From contig NC_092385.1 of the NCBI RefSeq assembly GCF_030028105.1, positions 37,662,774-37,726,773 on the forward strand: 64,000 nt of DNA. Direction: 5' to 3'. The position numbers and the translations under genes are program-made. Every line of letters starts with the position of its first letter. Position 1 is the first letter of the stretch. Positions 38,424 to 51,653 of the stretch are shown one piece after another. This DNA comes from Mobula birostris (taxonomy: Eukaryota). Under the pieces are notes generated by a model. That model was not told the origin of the DNA. It did no database searches and was given only the letters and a program-made list of their open reading frames with translations.

Positions 38424-40383
38424 CTAGAACAAAACCAGACCATTTTATTTCAGACAGCAATAAAGGGAAATACTGGTTTGGCTGCAACATTACTGAAAAG
38501 TAAAGTAAATGAGGTAGCACAATTTTTTAAATGCATTAACAATGTTTGAATCCAAGTAAGAGCTCCAGAAACTAGAACCAAACTATCAAAACACTTCTAT
38601 AACAAATGATTTAAAAAACTAATCAAACAAAAGATTTGCCACATTCAGAGAACACAAATTAAATGAAAATAAGTGCAACAAAGCAGCTGTTTGTCAAGCA
38701 CCTTGTGGAGGCTGATCACTGTGTGAAATGCTGTTCTAGTTAACATGCAGAACCTGTGAGCTTTTTCTCCAGAGGATGACCCTGAGTGAGGTTCTATCAT
38801 TAATCAACTTCAACCAAACACAGCAACCAGACATCATGATACATGCTTTAAACTCCAAATTAATGCATATTTTTACAAACTGTCAATAATGGAAGAAAAG
38901 CACTGCCAGGAAACATAGGCTGAGGGGAAAAAGCCTGCTAAACACAACAGTGTGATAAGAAACTGCATTCCTAACGAGAATAATAATGCTGTCAGTTGTA
39001 AACAAGGCAGAACATGATCCCAGCCCTTGGACTGGGCAAGGGATGCACTAAGGAGATGAGATCTGCCAAATTCTCATTACTGAATAGCACATGAATAACT
39101 CATGGGGGGAAACGTGGGTTGATTTTACGAAACCACAGTGATAACAATTGAAAAATGCCTTGTGTAAATCACATTTACAACAATCTAGTCAGAAACACAA
39201 ATAGATTTTAGGGTAGCTCTGTCAGCATGCTCATGTAAACACGCCAATAAGCAAACAGTGTTTTCCTGAGTGACCAGAATTAAAATAAGACACTGTATTC
39301 AAAATGAGTTTGTTTCTTTTGCTTAACTATTATGCACTAAAACAGGAAATAAAGTGAAAAAAATAGAGAACGCCCTTGCTGCTTTCAAAACAATCAACTT
39401 TTTAAAGACATTTATTTCTTTATCTTTTTGAAAAAGTAGCAATAAATTTGGCTTTGTTTTTCAACTTCCTCCACCCAAACCTGCTGTTTGACCTCATCAG
39501 TAATAAACCTTGCTGTACTTAAATTGTCTGTAATAACAGCTGCTCCAACTTAAATTTTTCCATGTTTATCTGCTGCATTTGCATGAAAATCTATTTGTTT
39601 ATTTGATTTATAAGGAGAATGACTTTCAACAAATCTCCATGTTTGGAAGTATAATGTGCTTTGCCAATGTACACAACATGCTAACTTGCTTTGAGCTAAC
39701 TTTGGAGCACGCCAGGATGAAAGTGCCATCTTGACGCAGTAATTAATCTACTGGATGTGTACTTCCCAGTATTTCAAAGATTAACAAATATTTCAGTGGT
39801 TTGTAGCCACAATGAGAACATGTCTCGATTAAGAATACATACTTTGTTACTGATCTGTTTTGTTATAAAAAAGTATATAAATCTTTCAGCAGCACGTGAG
39901 AAGGTTTCACGGTGTGCTACTACACCAGCAATTGGACTAACGTAACTACTCAACTTCTTATGCAACACTTCGTTGGGGTATTTTATTTTTAATCTGGTAA
40001 AAAAGCAGTGTTGATTTTATCTAAGCCGCTGTTCATGCACCACCTACCAGATGTGACACAGCAACAAGAAACAATTCAAAGATCATGTGCTTCTGATAAA
40101 TGCTATTCACAGTATACAGAACAGTGAAATCTAAAAACTTCTGTAGTTTACACCAATGTTCTTTTCTGAATCAAACATATCATTAAACTCTTAATTTTAA
40201 ATTTGCATTCAGCATCTATAATAATTTCTGCATAGGATTCAAATCTTATGATGCAAAGCAGATGTACAAGATGTAACAAACCACACAAATTAATCATAAA
40301 ATCTAATCTCACATATGTAGATGTTTCCCTTTAACCTACCACGCTAAATATTGCAATAAGATGCATTTTTACCAGCATCATCT

Positions 40384-40411
40384 GGGGGGGGGGGGGGGCG
40401 GCAGTGGGGGG
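40384..40411 (+). repeat. Poly-G tract
   Basis: A run of about 15 G followed by CGGCAGTGGGGGG. Confidence 0.8.
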
Positions 40412-42850
40412 ATTTGCTCAATAATTCCTATAAATACTGATCACCCAGAAGGACTGCACACCCACCCATCCTGCCTTACCCTTCCTGTTTCAAAATTCTA
40501 CCCTCAACACCATTCATATATAGCACGGACAGCAATCTCCCATTACTTCATACTGTTATATATGCGCTCATTATATTGCCGTCTGGTACTATAATGCTCC
40601 TATTAATTTTGCTTTTGATATTTTAAGAGTGATCTATAAATCAAGAATCCTTTCATATGAGCCTCCATTAATGCTTGGCAAGGATGCTGTTTGCAGCATA
40701 TTATTTTAATCTTATAATGCAAGGAAGTGAATGAGCAGTTTTATTCCACAGAATTTATTACAACTTTAAGGTTTACAGTGGCTGCAGGCGAAATTATTCA
40801 ACACCTTTGTTTGAGTGGCTGCATTGTTATCAGAGTCAATTGCTTTGCAAAATGATGCAGGGGGTTGTATCTAAGCAGGTTATATTGAAAAAGAAACAGC
40901 TTTGCTGTAGGCCACCTTGGATCTAATCGTGCACTTTTTGAATTTGTATGCTTGTTTGAATAGTTATCTTCCTGACTGATAATAGAATCTCACTGTGGAA
41001 CTACACACCCAGGTCCTACTGCCACCTCCATTACTCATTACAGAGTAGAACATGATAGTTGTCCATCCTCAATCAAGTTTCTTGATTGCATATTCAGCTA
41101 CAACTAGAAGCAAAATTTCTTCAAAGAATACACACAAAGGGCAAAGCTGAAAATAATCTGAGCCTTTTCAATTCACTTTGATCCTAATATCACATACATA
41201 CAGTAACGTGAGGGAGATTTAATAAAAGAAAAAAGTTTGCTTAGATACACTGACAGATTATTCACTGTTCTGCTATGGCTGTACTGGCACCAGAGAACAA
41301 TGAATGTGATCACAGGAACAATGGCAAAAGCTTATGATCTGACCTGATCTTTAAACCATGATATGTAGTGCTTGCTGTATTCACTATTTCTAGAATGACT
41401 GGAAAAGCTATCTTTTTATCACTTAAACTTTACAAATCTAATAAGGGGTCCTGTATGGTTCTAGCTCCAACTTAAATCTGGCATGAACATCAAATCAGAT
41501 TTGTGGGATCTAATTTTTCAGATTTTGAAGATTGCTTTCACAATTTTACCTTATTATTGTTTTTACAGTTGCAATAGAAAAACCACAAAGCAAAATAAAA
41601 ATGGTTTAACATTCATACAACTGTACCTCCCAGACAGCATTTACAAATAACTAATCTCAGCAATAACAAAGGTGTGTCTTTTTTTTCAGAACATTTTGTA
41701 ATGGGTGGTGCAGTATGTTAGAACACCAAACAGACAGTGACAGGGGTGTGGTAGGATATGGTTTTGTACTTGGAAGCTCCCCTACATTAGCTTCCTGAGC
41801 ACAGCTGCATTGGCAGGAGAATTACTGAATGGAGGTCAAGGCCTTGCTAAGAAAGTCCTGGGTACAGTCAACATCAAAGCCACACAAATATGTTTTCTAA
41901 TGGTCACATTGACTGAGATCAGTGGAGGGTGGGGATTGCCACTGATTCTAATGACTGATTATAGAAGCAGCGTGCAAGATTTAAAAATGTAACAAAATAA
42001 ATGGGTACACAAAATACCAAGTTATAAGTCACAGAGAACTACAGCACAAAAACATGCCTTGTGCCCGATTTAGTTCATGCCAAACTTATTTATTTTCTTA
42101 GATTTTTTACTGGTGTCTTTACTTAAGTTCTTAGATTTTTTTACTGGAGCACTTAATGAAGTGTTTTTTCTTTTTTTTTACTTGTTAGCAAACAAACAGA
42201 TTGACAATTTAATGTGCAGATGTTTCCCTGATAAAGTTCCATGAAGCAACTGGCAACTGTGAAGTTCTACCTTCTGCTGGGTTGGTATCTTCGAAACATG
42301 ATTCATCATCTCCAGCAGTGGTCAGTTCTGGGTCTTCCCAAATCCCAAACCTATCAGATTATGCATTTGACCCAACCTGAAACCATTACATAGAGTCAAG
42401 TTGAATAACAGTCCAAAAAGCAAAAACTTTGCAGAATGGAGCTCCAAGTAAAATGTATTCTGTGTAAAGTCAGCACTTTCAATGATGTTGCATTTATCAA
42501 CAGGTAAAAAGCTACTGTGAGAAATACCCTGAAGTAATAAGAGCAGGGATTCAATACTGTTCAGGAGAACTGGCAAAGCAGTATATGTGGGCATATTCTC
42601 TGTCATCTGGCTCTCTCAGCTGGTTACTGCTGTACCATAACTGGAGTATGGAGAGGGTCATCTGTTTCCATGGCAATTCAATGATGAGGAAAGCATTCAA
42701 GAGAATAGTCTTTCTCTAATGGAATCCCCTATTGTCTTTCAATGAGTTCAATAATGAAGTTCATGGCATTATGCAGTATCATCCTCCCCCAGAGCCTTCA
42801 CTGTCATCATCTGGTCTCTGGTGGATCTACATGGCCTTAGGCTCCTGGTT

Positions 42851-45800
42851 TATAAGGCCAGAAGACATGGGAGCAGAATTCAGCCATTTGGCCCATCAAG
42901 TCTGCTCCACCATTCAATCATGGCAGATCCTTTTCTTTTCCCCTCAGCCCCACTTCCTGGCCTTCTCCCTGTAACCTTTGATACCGTGGCCAATCAAGAA
43001 CCTATCAATCTCCACCATAAATATACTCAACAATCTGTCCTCCACAGCTGCCTGTGGTTAACAAATTCATCATCTTCCGGCTAAAGAAGTTTCTCCACAT
43101 CTCTGTTTTGAAAGGGTGCTCCTCTAAACTGAGAATGTGCCCTTTTGTCCTAGACTCCCCCACCATGGGAAAGATCTTTCCATATCTACTCTGTTTAGGC
43201 CTTTCAACATTTGAAAGGTTTCAATCAGATCACCCCTCATCCTTCTAAATTCCAGCAACTACAGGTGAGAGCCATTAAACATCCCTCATATGATAGATAA
43301 CTTTTTCATTCCTGGAATCATCCTTGTGAAACTCCTCTAAACACTTTCCAATGCCAGCAAATCTTTCCTTACATAAGGAGGCCAAAACTGTTCACAATAC
43401 TCAGGGTGAGGCCTCATCATTGCCTTACAAAGCTCTTACATTGCATTGCATCATATCCCTGCTCTTGTAGTCTAGATCTCTTGAAATGAGTGCTAACATT
43501 GTATTTGCCTTCCTCACCACCAACTCAACCTGCAAGTTAACATTTAGGGTGTCCTGCACAAGACTCGCATGTCCCTTTGGATTTTCTTCCTGTTTAGAAA
43601 ATAGTCTATACATTCATTTCTTCTACCAAAGTGCATGACCATGCATTTTCCAACACTGTATTTCATTTACCACTTCCTTGCCCATTCTCCTAATCTGTCT
43701 AAGTCCTTCTGCAGCCTTCCTGTTTACTCAACACTACCTGCCCCTCCACGAATCTTCCTACCATCTGCAAACTTGGCAACAAAGCCATCTATTCCATCAC
43801 CTAAATCATTGATATACAGCATAAAAAGAAGTGGTCGCAACACCAACCCTTGCGGAACACCGCTAGTCACCGGCAGCCAAATAGAAAACCCACTCGCTGC
43901 CTCTTATCGGTCAGCCATGCGAGTAACTTTCCTTTAATACCAAGGGCTTTTAATGTGGTAAGCAGTCTCTTGTGTGTCACCCTGTCAAAGGCCTTCTGAA
44001 AATCCAACTATACAACATCCGCTGCATCCCCTTTATCTATACAGTGGCATGCAAAAGTTTGGGCAGCCCTGGTCAAAATTTCTGTCACCATGAATAGCTA
44101 AGCGAGTAAAAGATGACCTGATTTCCAAAAGGCATAAAGTTAAAGATAACACATTTCTTTAATATTTTAAGCACGATTACTTTTTTAATTCCATCTTTTA
44201 CAGTTTCAAAATAACAAAAAAGGAAAAGGGCCTGAAGCAAAAGTTTGGGCACCCTGAATGGCCAGTACTTAGTATCACCCCTTTGGCAAGTATCACAGCT
44301 TGTAAACACATTCTGTAGCCAGCTAGGAGTCTTTCAATTCTTGTTTGGGGGATTTTCGCCTGTTCTTCCTTGCAAAAGGCTTCTAATTCTGTGAGATTCT
44401 TGGGCTGTCTTGCATACATTGCTCTTTTGAGGTCTATCCACAGATTTTCGATGATATTTAGGTTGGGGGACTGTGAGGGCCATGGCAAAACCTTCAGATT
44501 ACGCCCCTTGAAGTAGTCCATTGTGGATTATGTGGTGTGTTTAGGATCATTATCCTGTTGTAGAAGCCATCCTCTTTTCATCTTCAGCTTTTTTACAGAC
44601 GGTGTGATGTTTGCTTCCAAAATTTCCCGGTATTTAATTGAATTCATTCTTCCCTCTACCAGTGAAATATTCCCTGTGCCACTAGCTGCAACACAAGCCC
44701 AAAGCATGATCGATCCACCCCCATGCTTAACAGTTGGAGAGCTGTTCTTTTCGTGAGAATCTGCACCCTTTTTCTCCAAACATACCTTTGCTCGTTGCGG
44801 CCAAAAAGTTCTATTTTAACTTCATCAGTCCACAGGACTTGTTTCCAAAATGCATCAGGCTTGTTTAGGTGTTCCTTTGCAAACTTCTGACACTGAATTT
44901 TGTGATGAGGACACAGGAAAGGTTTTCTTCTGTTGACTCTTCCATGAAGGTCATATTTGTGCAGGTGTCGCTGCACAGTAGAACAGTGCACCACCACTCC
45001 AGAGTCTGCTAAATCTTTCTGAAGGTCTTTTGCAGTCAAACGGGGGTTCTGATTTGCCTTCTAGCAATCCTATAAGCAGTTCTCTTGGAAAGTTTTCTTG
45101 GTCTTTCAGACCTCAACTTGACCTCCACTGTTCCTGTTAACTACCATTTCTTAATTACGTTATGAACTGAGGAAACATCTTCTTATAGCTTTCTCCTGCT
45201 TTGTGGGCATCATTTATTTTAACTTTCAGAGTGCTAGGCAGCTGCTTAGAGGAGCCTGTGGCTGCTGATTGTTGGGACATGGTTTGAGGAGTCAGGGTAT
45301 TTTTGAAGCTTTGAAATTTGCATCTTCTGGCATTTCCTAATGATGATTGTGAACAAGCCATAGCCCTAACAAGCTAATTAAGGTCTGAGACCTTGGTAGA
45401 AGTTATCTGAGAGCTCAAATCTCTTAGGGTGCCCAAACTTTTGCATGGTGCTCCTTTCCTTTTTTCCACTCTAAAATTGTACAAAACAAAAATAATATAC
45501 TAATCTTGCTTAAAATATTGAAAAGAATGTTTCATCTTTAACTTTATGACTTTTGGAGATCAGTTCATCTTCTACTCACTTAACTATTCACAGTAACAGA
45601 AATTTTGACCAGGAGTGCCCAAACTTTTGCATGCCACTGTACTACTTGTAACCTCCTCAAAGAATTCCAACAGGTTCATCTGGCAAGATTTTCCCTTAAG
45701 GAAACCATGTTGTCCTACCTTGTGCCTATGTCACCAAGTACTCCAGAACCTCATCCTTAACAATTGACTCCAACACCGCCCCAAGCACTGAGGTCGGGCT

Positions 45801-46265
45801 ATCTGGTCTACAGTTTCTCTTCTGCTGCCTCCCTCCTTCCTTGAAGAGTGGAGTGACATTCGCAATTTTCAAGACTTCCGGAACAAAGCCAAAGTCCAAT
45901 GAGTTTTGAAAGATCATTATTAATACCTCCACAATCTTTACTGCTACCTCTTTCAGAACTCTAGGGTGCAATTCATCTGGTCCAGGTGACTTAAATACCT
46001 TTATGTCTTTCACCATTTTGAGCACCTTCTCCTTTGTAATTGTAACTGCACTCACTTCTCTTCCCTCATACCCTTCAACATCTGGTACACTGCGTGTGTC
46101 TTCCACAGAGAAGACTGATGCAAAACACTCATTTAATTCATCTGCTCTCTCCTTGTCCATTGTTATTATTTCTCTGGCCTCATTTTCTAGCGGTTGTACG
46201 TCCATTCTCATCTCTTTTTTTTTTATATACTTGAAAAAGCTTTTTCTATCCCCCTTGATATTGTT
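42851..46265 (-). mobile_element. CR1 LINE in the last FOXP1 intron, split by a Tc1 element
   Basis: ORF 45726-46283 has KSPGPDELHPRVLKE and ANVTPLFK; RT and C-terminal motifs lie at 42900-44040. Confidence 0.9.
44042..45639 (-). mobile_element. Full-length Tc1-like DNA transposon (IR/DR type) with a frameshifted transposase
   Basis: TA TSDs; TIR CAGTGGCATGCAAAAGTTTGGGCA; internal direct repeats at ~44239-44256 and ~45426-45445. Transposase motifs: [38 protein letters not shown]. Confidence 0.95.
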
Positions 46266-46270
46266 TACAG

Positions 46271-46350
46271 CAGAGGTTCCCAACCTTATTTATGCCATGG
46301 GCCCCTATCATTAACCGGGGTCTCAGTGAACCCCAGGTTGGGAACCCCTG
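46271..46350. mobile_element. 80-bp hAT (Charlie-like) MITE
   Basis: TIRs CAGAGGTTCCCAACCT / AGGTTGGGAACCCCTG; no matching 8-bp TSD. Confidence 0.8.
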
Positions 46351-46922
46351 GATAAAACTGAACCAGGCTTTCTAGTCACAATTATTATTACGTGGTGTCT
46401 GCTGTACTGAGCCTGTATACATGAATGTCAGATCACAAAATTATTAGCTTAGAAGACCCTGATCCTCTCTGGATTTGCGCATGAAAATGGCTACCTGGAC
46501 AATGGACTTGAGGGCAGTTGCAATATATAGAAATACCAGTGCTTAAGTCATAATAGAAGAAACTCAGAATAAATGTCCAATTTTGTCTTAACTGCAGTCC
46601 CAGTCAGTTGCTTCCTCATCTGTTATCACCTCATTGCTCATACTGTACATCTCAGCAAGGATAACATCTGAATCATAAAACACAGCGATTTACAAATTTC
46701 AAGAACACTGTAAAGCAGAGATGAAAATATGAATATTTACCAGCTTGAAACCTTGCTGTACATAACAAAGTATAGGGTAATAAACCAATAAAGAGATAAA
46801 AACAGATTACACATAGACTAAGTATCTGTCCCCTGTAGCACAGCCAGGCATACAATTCAGGCCACTCCCAAGAGAATTTTTGAACACAAGACGAAAAAGA
46901 GATCAAAAGTGTAAATACTCAC

Positions 46923-47089
46923 ATTGTTTGCAGTGGGGAACGTCCTGGACTGCTGTCACTCTCGTTGCTATTTGAATGTTCCACTGCACCATTTAGTTCC
47001 TCATGGATAGCACTCACCATTGTGGCTACAGTGGCATTTCCCATGGAAGCAGTAGTGTATAGAGGTATGTTATTCTCAGCCATCGAAAC
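46923..47089 (-). CDS. FOXP1: FOXP1 penultimate exon, 167 bp: [55 protein letters not shown](M)
   Basis: CTTTGTAG acceptor and GTGAGT donor; 55 codons plus 2 nt, open frame. [17 protein letters not shown] and [13 protein letters not shown] are FOXP1-type motifs, not FOXP2 or FOXP4. Confidence 0.96.
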
Positions 47090-47306
47090 CTACAAAGTGT
47101 GCAATGAAATTGATATTAAACATTAATTTATTGAATCTAACAGTGCAATACTTGCTATCCATTTTCAGTGCTATCAGAACTCTTTGAGCTTATTTGCTAA
47201 ATGCATTGTACACACTAACATCACACAGAATAGAAGACACTTAAATAATTACCATCTCCATGGTGGCAGCAAGAAAATGTGTCTTACAAATGCCTGCAAC
47301 TTGGTA

Positions 47307-49296
47307 CAGTACTGTGCGAAAGTCTTAGGCATATACAAGGAAACGCTGCAAGACAAAGTTTGTGAAAGCTTTGCAATTACCTGGTTTTCTGCATTAATTA
47401 TTCATAAAATATGGTCTGATCTTCATCTAAGTCACAATAATAGACAAACACAATCTACCTAAACTAATAATACACAAACAATTGTGTCTTTATTGAACAC
47501 ATTGTTTACTCATTCACAGGGCATTCTGGAAGAACTTTGAGAACCCTTGTATTTAATATCTGGTACAACCTCCTTTAGCAGTAATAACCTCCACCAAAAG
47601 TTTTTTGTAGCTGCTGATCAAGTTGCACAATGGTGAGGAGGAATTTTAGACTATTACTCCATACAAAACTGTTTCAGATCATCAATACTTCCGAGATACC
47701 TTGCATGGACAGCTCTCTTCAGAACGTGCCACAGCATCTCAATTGGTTTAAGGTCTGGACTCTGACTTGACCATTCCAAAACATAAATTTTCTTCTTTTT
47801 AAACTTTTCTGTTGTTGATTTACTTGTGTTTCGGATCATTGTCTTGCTGCATCATCCAACTTCTATTAAGCTTCCAGTGACGGACCACTACCCTGACATT
47901 CTGCTGTAAAATATCTTGATACAATTTTGAATTCATTGTTTCCTCAATGATTGCAAGTTGTCCAGGCCCTGAGGCAACAAAGGAGCCCCCAGCCATAACG
48001 TTCCTTCCACCATGCTTCAGAGTTGGGATGAGGTTTTGGTGTTAGTGTGCAGTGTCCTTTTCTTCCAAAAAAAACTGTGTGCATTTCTGACAAAAAGTTC
48101 CACTTTTGCCTCATTTGTCCACAGAACATTGTCCGAGAAATGTTGTGGAACATCCAAGTGGTCTTTTGCAAATTGATATGTTTATTTTGGAGAGCAGTGG
48201 TTTCCTCCGTGGTCTCCTTCCATGAATACCATTCTTGTTCAGTGTTTTTCTTATAGTGGACAATGAACAGAGACTTCAAGAAGTCCTAGAGACTTTTGCT
48301 GTTACGCTTGGGTTCTTCTTCACCACCTTCAGCATTGCAAAGTGTGATCTTTGCAGGACGCCAACTCCTAGGGAGAGTAGCAACAGTACTGAATTTTCTC
48401 CATTTGTAGACAATTTCTCTTACTGTGGAATGATGAACACTCAAGTCTTTAAAAATGCTTTTGTAGCCTTTTCCAGCTTCATGCATCTCTACAATTCTTC
48501 CTCTAAGGTCCTCTGTTTTGATTGAGGCATGGTGTACATAAACAGATCTTTATTGAGAAGAGAAGGCTCTCTCAGTAACCTGACTTGGCGTGTCTTTTTT
48601 TTAATAGGGCAGGGCACCTCTACAACCCACACCTCCAACCTCATCTCATTGATTGTCACACCTGACTCCAAATAGCTTTTGTCGAAGGCATAACCACAGA
48701 AGTTCACATACTTTTTTGAACCTAAACTGTGATTGTTTAAATGGTGTACTCAGTATTGATGAGAAGAAGTACAATTGTGTGTTATTAGTTTAGGCAGATT
48801 GTGTTTGTCTATTGTTGTGACTTAAATGAAGATCAGACCACACATTTTATGAGAAATTAATGCAGAAAACCAGGTAATTGCAAAGGGTTCACAAACTATT
48901 TCCTGCAACTATGTGTATATAGGGTGGAACACTGCAGGACAGGTGGCAGAGAAGGAGTGCCAGGAGCCGGCGGGGGAGGGGGGGGAGGGGGGGGGCACAG
49001 ATCACCAAGGTCTTTTGATTCCAAACAATTGGTTTATTGACCATTACAGAATGTCTCTCTGGTGCTTCCTACTCCCTTTCCTTTCCCCCTTTTCCCAACC
49101 ATGATTCCGCTCTCCTTGTCCCCTTCCCACTCTCAACAGAGGCCCATATCAGAATCAGGTTTATCATCACTCACATATGTCATGATTTTTTTTGTGGCAG
49201 CAGTACAGTGCGGTACATAATATTACTATTAATACTATGCAACGTTATTAGGCACACTAGATATATATATGTACCTAAGACTTCTGCACAGTATTG
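47307..49296. mobile_element. Non-autonomous Tc1/mariner-type composite element hosting a Tc1 insertion
   Basis: TA-CAGTACTGTGCGAAAGTCTTAGG ... CCTAAGACTTCTGCACAGTATTG-TA, with an internal TIR copy at ~49230-49256. Confidence 0.75.
47343..48911 (-). mobile_element. Decayed Tc1-like transposon, second family
   Basis: Inverted ends of ~140 bp (47343-47485 and 48771-48911). N-terminal [34 protein letters not shown]; catalytic region WSSQSPDLKPIEMLW. Confidence 0.92.
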
Positions 49297-51653
49297 TACA
49301 TCAGTGCTTGTTTCCTTTATTATTTATGGGTGTTAAAGTTTTCTCCTAAGGTTACTTCTGGTAAGTGCACACTCCAAAAATTATAACACTTTGGTCACAC
49401 TTAAGACTTAGAAGAGAACGAAATAGACACCAGCTGAGAGTACTGAGTTTCTTTCCAAAATAAAGTTCTTTGCCTATGCCTATGGCTACTCCTGTAATTA
49501 CAACAAAATTGAAAACAAATATAAATGACTATGGCACCCTGCATACTACCTTGCGTATCATGTTTTCTTCTAAAGCATGTTACCAATCACTACTTGTAGT
49601 AATAGAAGTATTATGACTATGTGTATACAAAATCAGGGCATCTTTTTTAAACATTTCACAACTCCAAATATCCATATCTTTTGTAAGTGAGAACTCATAA
49701 TTAAAAGATTCCTTGTTGACATAACTGGAGATCTGATTAGTCAAGTTTTAAATATTAAAGTCTGATTTCTTGCCTTCATAAAATGTGGATGTGGTACTTT
49801 TTGTAATATGAGACCGGCAAGTTAACAATTCAAAATTCCCTGCGCAATCAATAAAGTGCCAATAGAAGTAGGTTTGCGGTGCCACCTCTTGTGTTAAGCT
49901 AGACTATAGAAGACTGATTAATATTCACACAGGAGTTCCATTTTGGGCCATTTGTTTTTTTGTCTGATTGGTTTTCTGAAAGAAGCGGCTTCATACAGGT
50001 ACCATTATAGAATTGTTATAACAGTTTCCTGAGGACTAGTCATCTGCATTTTGCATTACTTAGAATGTCTCTTCTCCAAAAATTTTGCAGTTGGTTAGGC
50101 ATCCGTTTACTTTTAGACTTTAAAAAAAAGGTTAATCGTAAGGCACACAAAGAACTGGCGAGAAGGTATCTAGGCAAAAACAGTAAACTGCAAATTCAAA
50201 TGCTCTATCATATCAGTTTCAGCTCAAAGAATTGAAAGCATTTTAATGTATTGCCACAGCACTCAATCAATCGATAACACTGGAGTTTTCTGAGTGTTTG
50301 TAATTTACTCATTTGGCAGCAGCTAGTACTCTGAATACCAGTTTTGTAGGTAAAGCAAAGAAGTGATGTGCGGCAAGTACACACAAAGCAAACTAGTTAG
50401 GTCAGTAACTGCCAAAGCACCTGATTAACTAGGCATGCTGGGCCTCAGCTTGACAGCACGCTGCAGTTCAAGTATGTCAACTGTCAACCTGAAGGGATCA
50501 TCTGAAGGTTACTACTTCATTCAAGCTTAATGCATTGGGAATGTTTCTAGACAGGAGCCAGCTACTTTTCTGTACAGGGTCTACTAGAGAAATAACTAAG
50601 TCCTTGTATTTTGAACTATTCCAAAGCATGCACCTCAGGAGTGGCCAGCAACAGCAGCAACATATTGTACTTCCCAAATGATAACTTCGAGAGTGTAGGG
50701 TATGACAAATGCTGCAATTCACACACTTGCCAATAACTCTCAAGTTATCCAAATAGAAATAGCTATTGATCCGGCAATGCCTGTATGATATGTAATTTGG
50801 AACAGGGCATGTTACTGTGCAATAGCTGGAGATAAAAACAAGGCACACACATCATTCAAGGCAATCAAATCAGCACTACTCTTTCTGAAAAAGAATAGAG
50901 AGATGTTCCTTTTTATGTTTTATGCATTTTGATTCATTTATTTTGAATATTTCAAACGATTGCCATTTTCAAGGATTGCCAAAACTGTGGGTCATTTTTT
51001 TTTAGTGATTTCCACTTCATTTTTGCTATCTATTCTTCTTACTCTTTTATGGCTGCACTTCTTGGTGAACTACTTAATCAGCTTGGGATCAGCTCCCAAA
51101 TCAATAAGCCTTGAGCTTTATGACCCATCCCCATTCCACCTGTGTCTTTTTTGATCCACCACCTATATTTGCACACGGAACAGCTGTTTGATGAAAACTT
51201 GCCAAGACATGCCTGAGTCAATCAGTTAATCGTTCAGGTAAATTAGGGTTCACAGCAACAATGTACTTAAGACACAGAAACATCAGATGCTTAAAATAAT
51301 CAGTGGAACCCTTGCAATAGATCTGCAGGAGGATTACAAAATTGTAACTGCATACTCTGTAAAGTATAATACTGCTATGGTTAGATATCATATTGGATGA
51401 GATATTGCATTAAGCAATTGTACACACAGCAGTCACCTGCAATAGACTTCAAATAATGTATCATGTGTCAGGGACTCATTACCAAGCATTCCAGTGGGCC
51501 CTGCTATGGGCCTTGATATATTCAATGACATTTTTTTTAAAGTTTACCTTTGAACAACTTCCTTTGATGCATTATTGAGGAATGCAAGTCTACAAGATAC
51601 ATTAAAAGTAAATACATTTTATTCAATACTTTAAAGCAGGTGAAGTATATATA

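Noticed and set aside
38418-38426. AG|GT recursive splice site at the start of the last exon (also at 47089)
   Set aside because: GTATCC and GTTTCG are poor donors.
40384-40411. Functional G-quadruplex (also 48968-48995)
   Set aside because: Simple G runs with no evidence of function; homopolymer length is unreliable.
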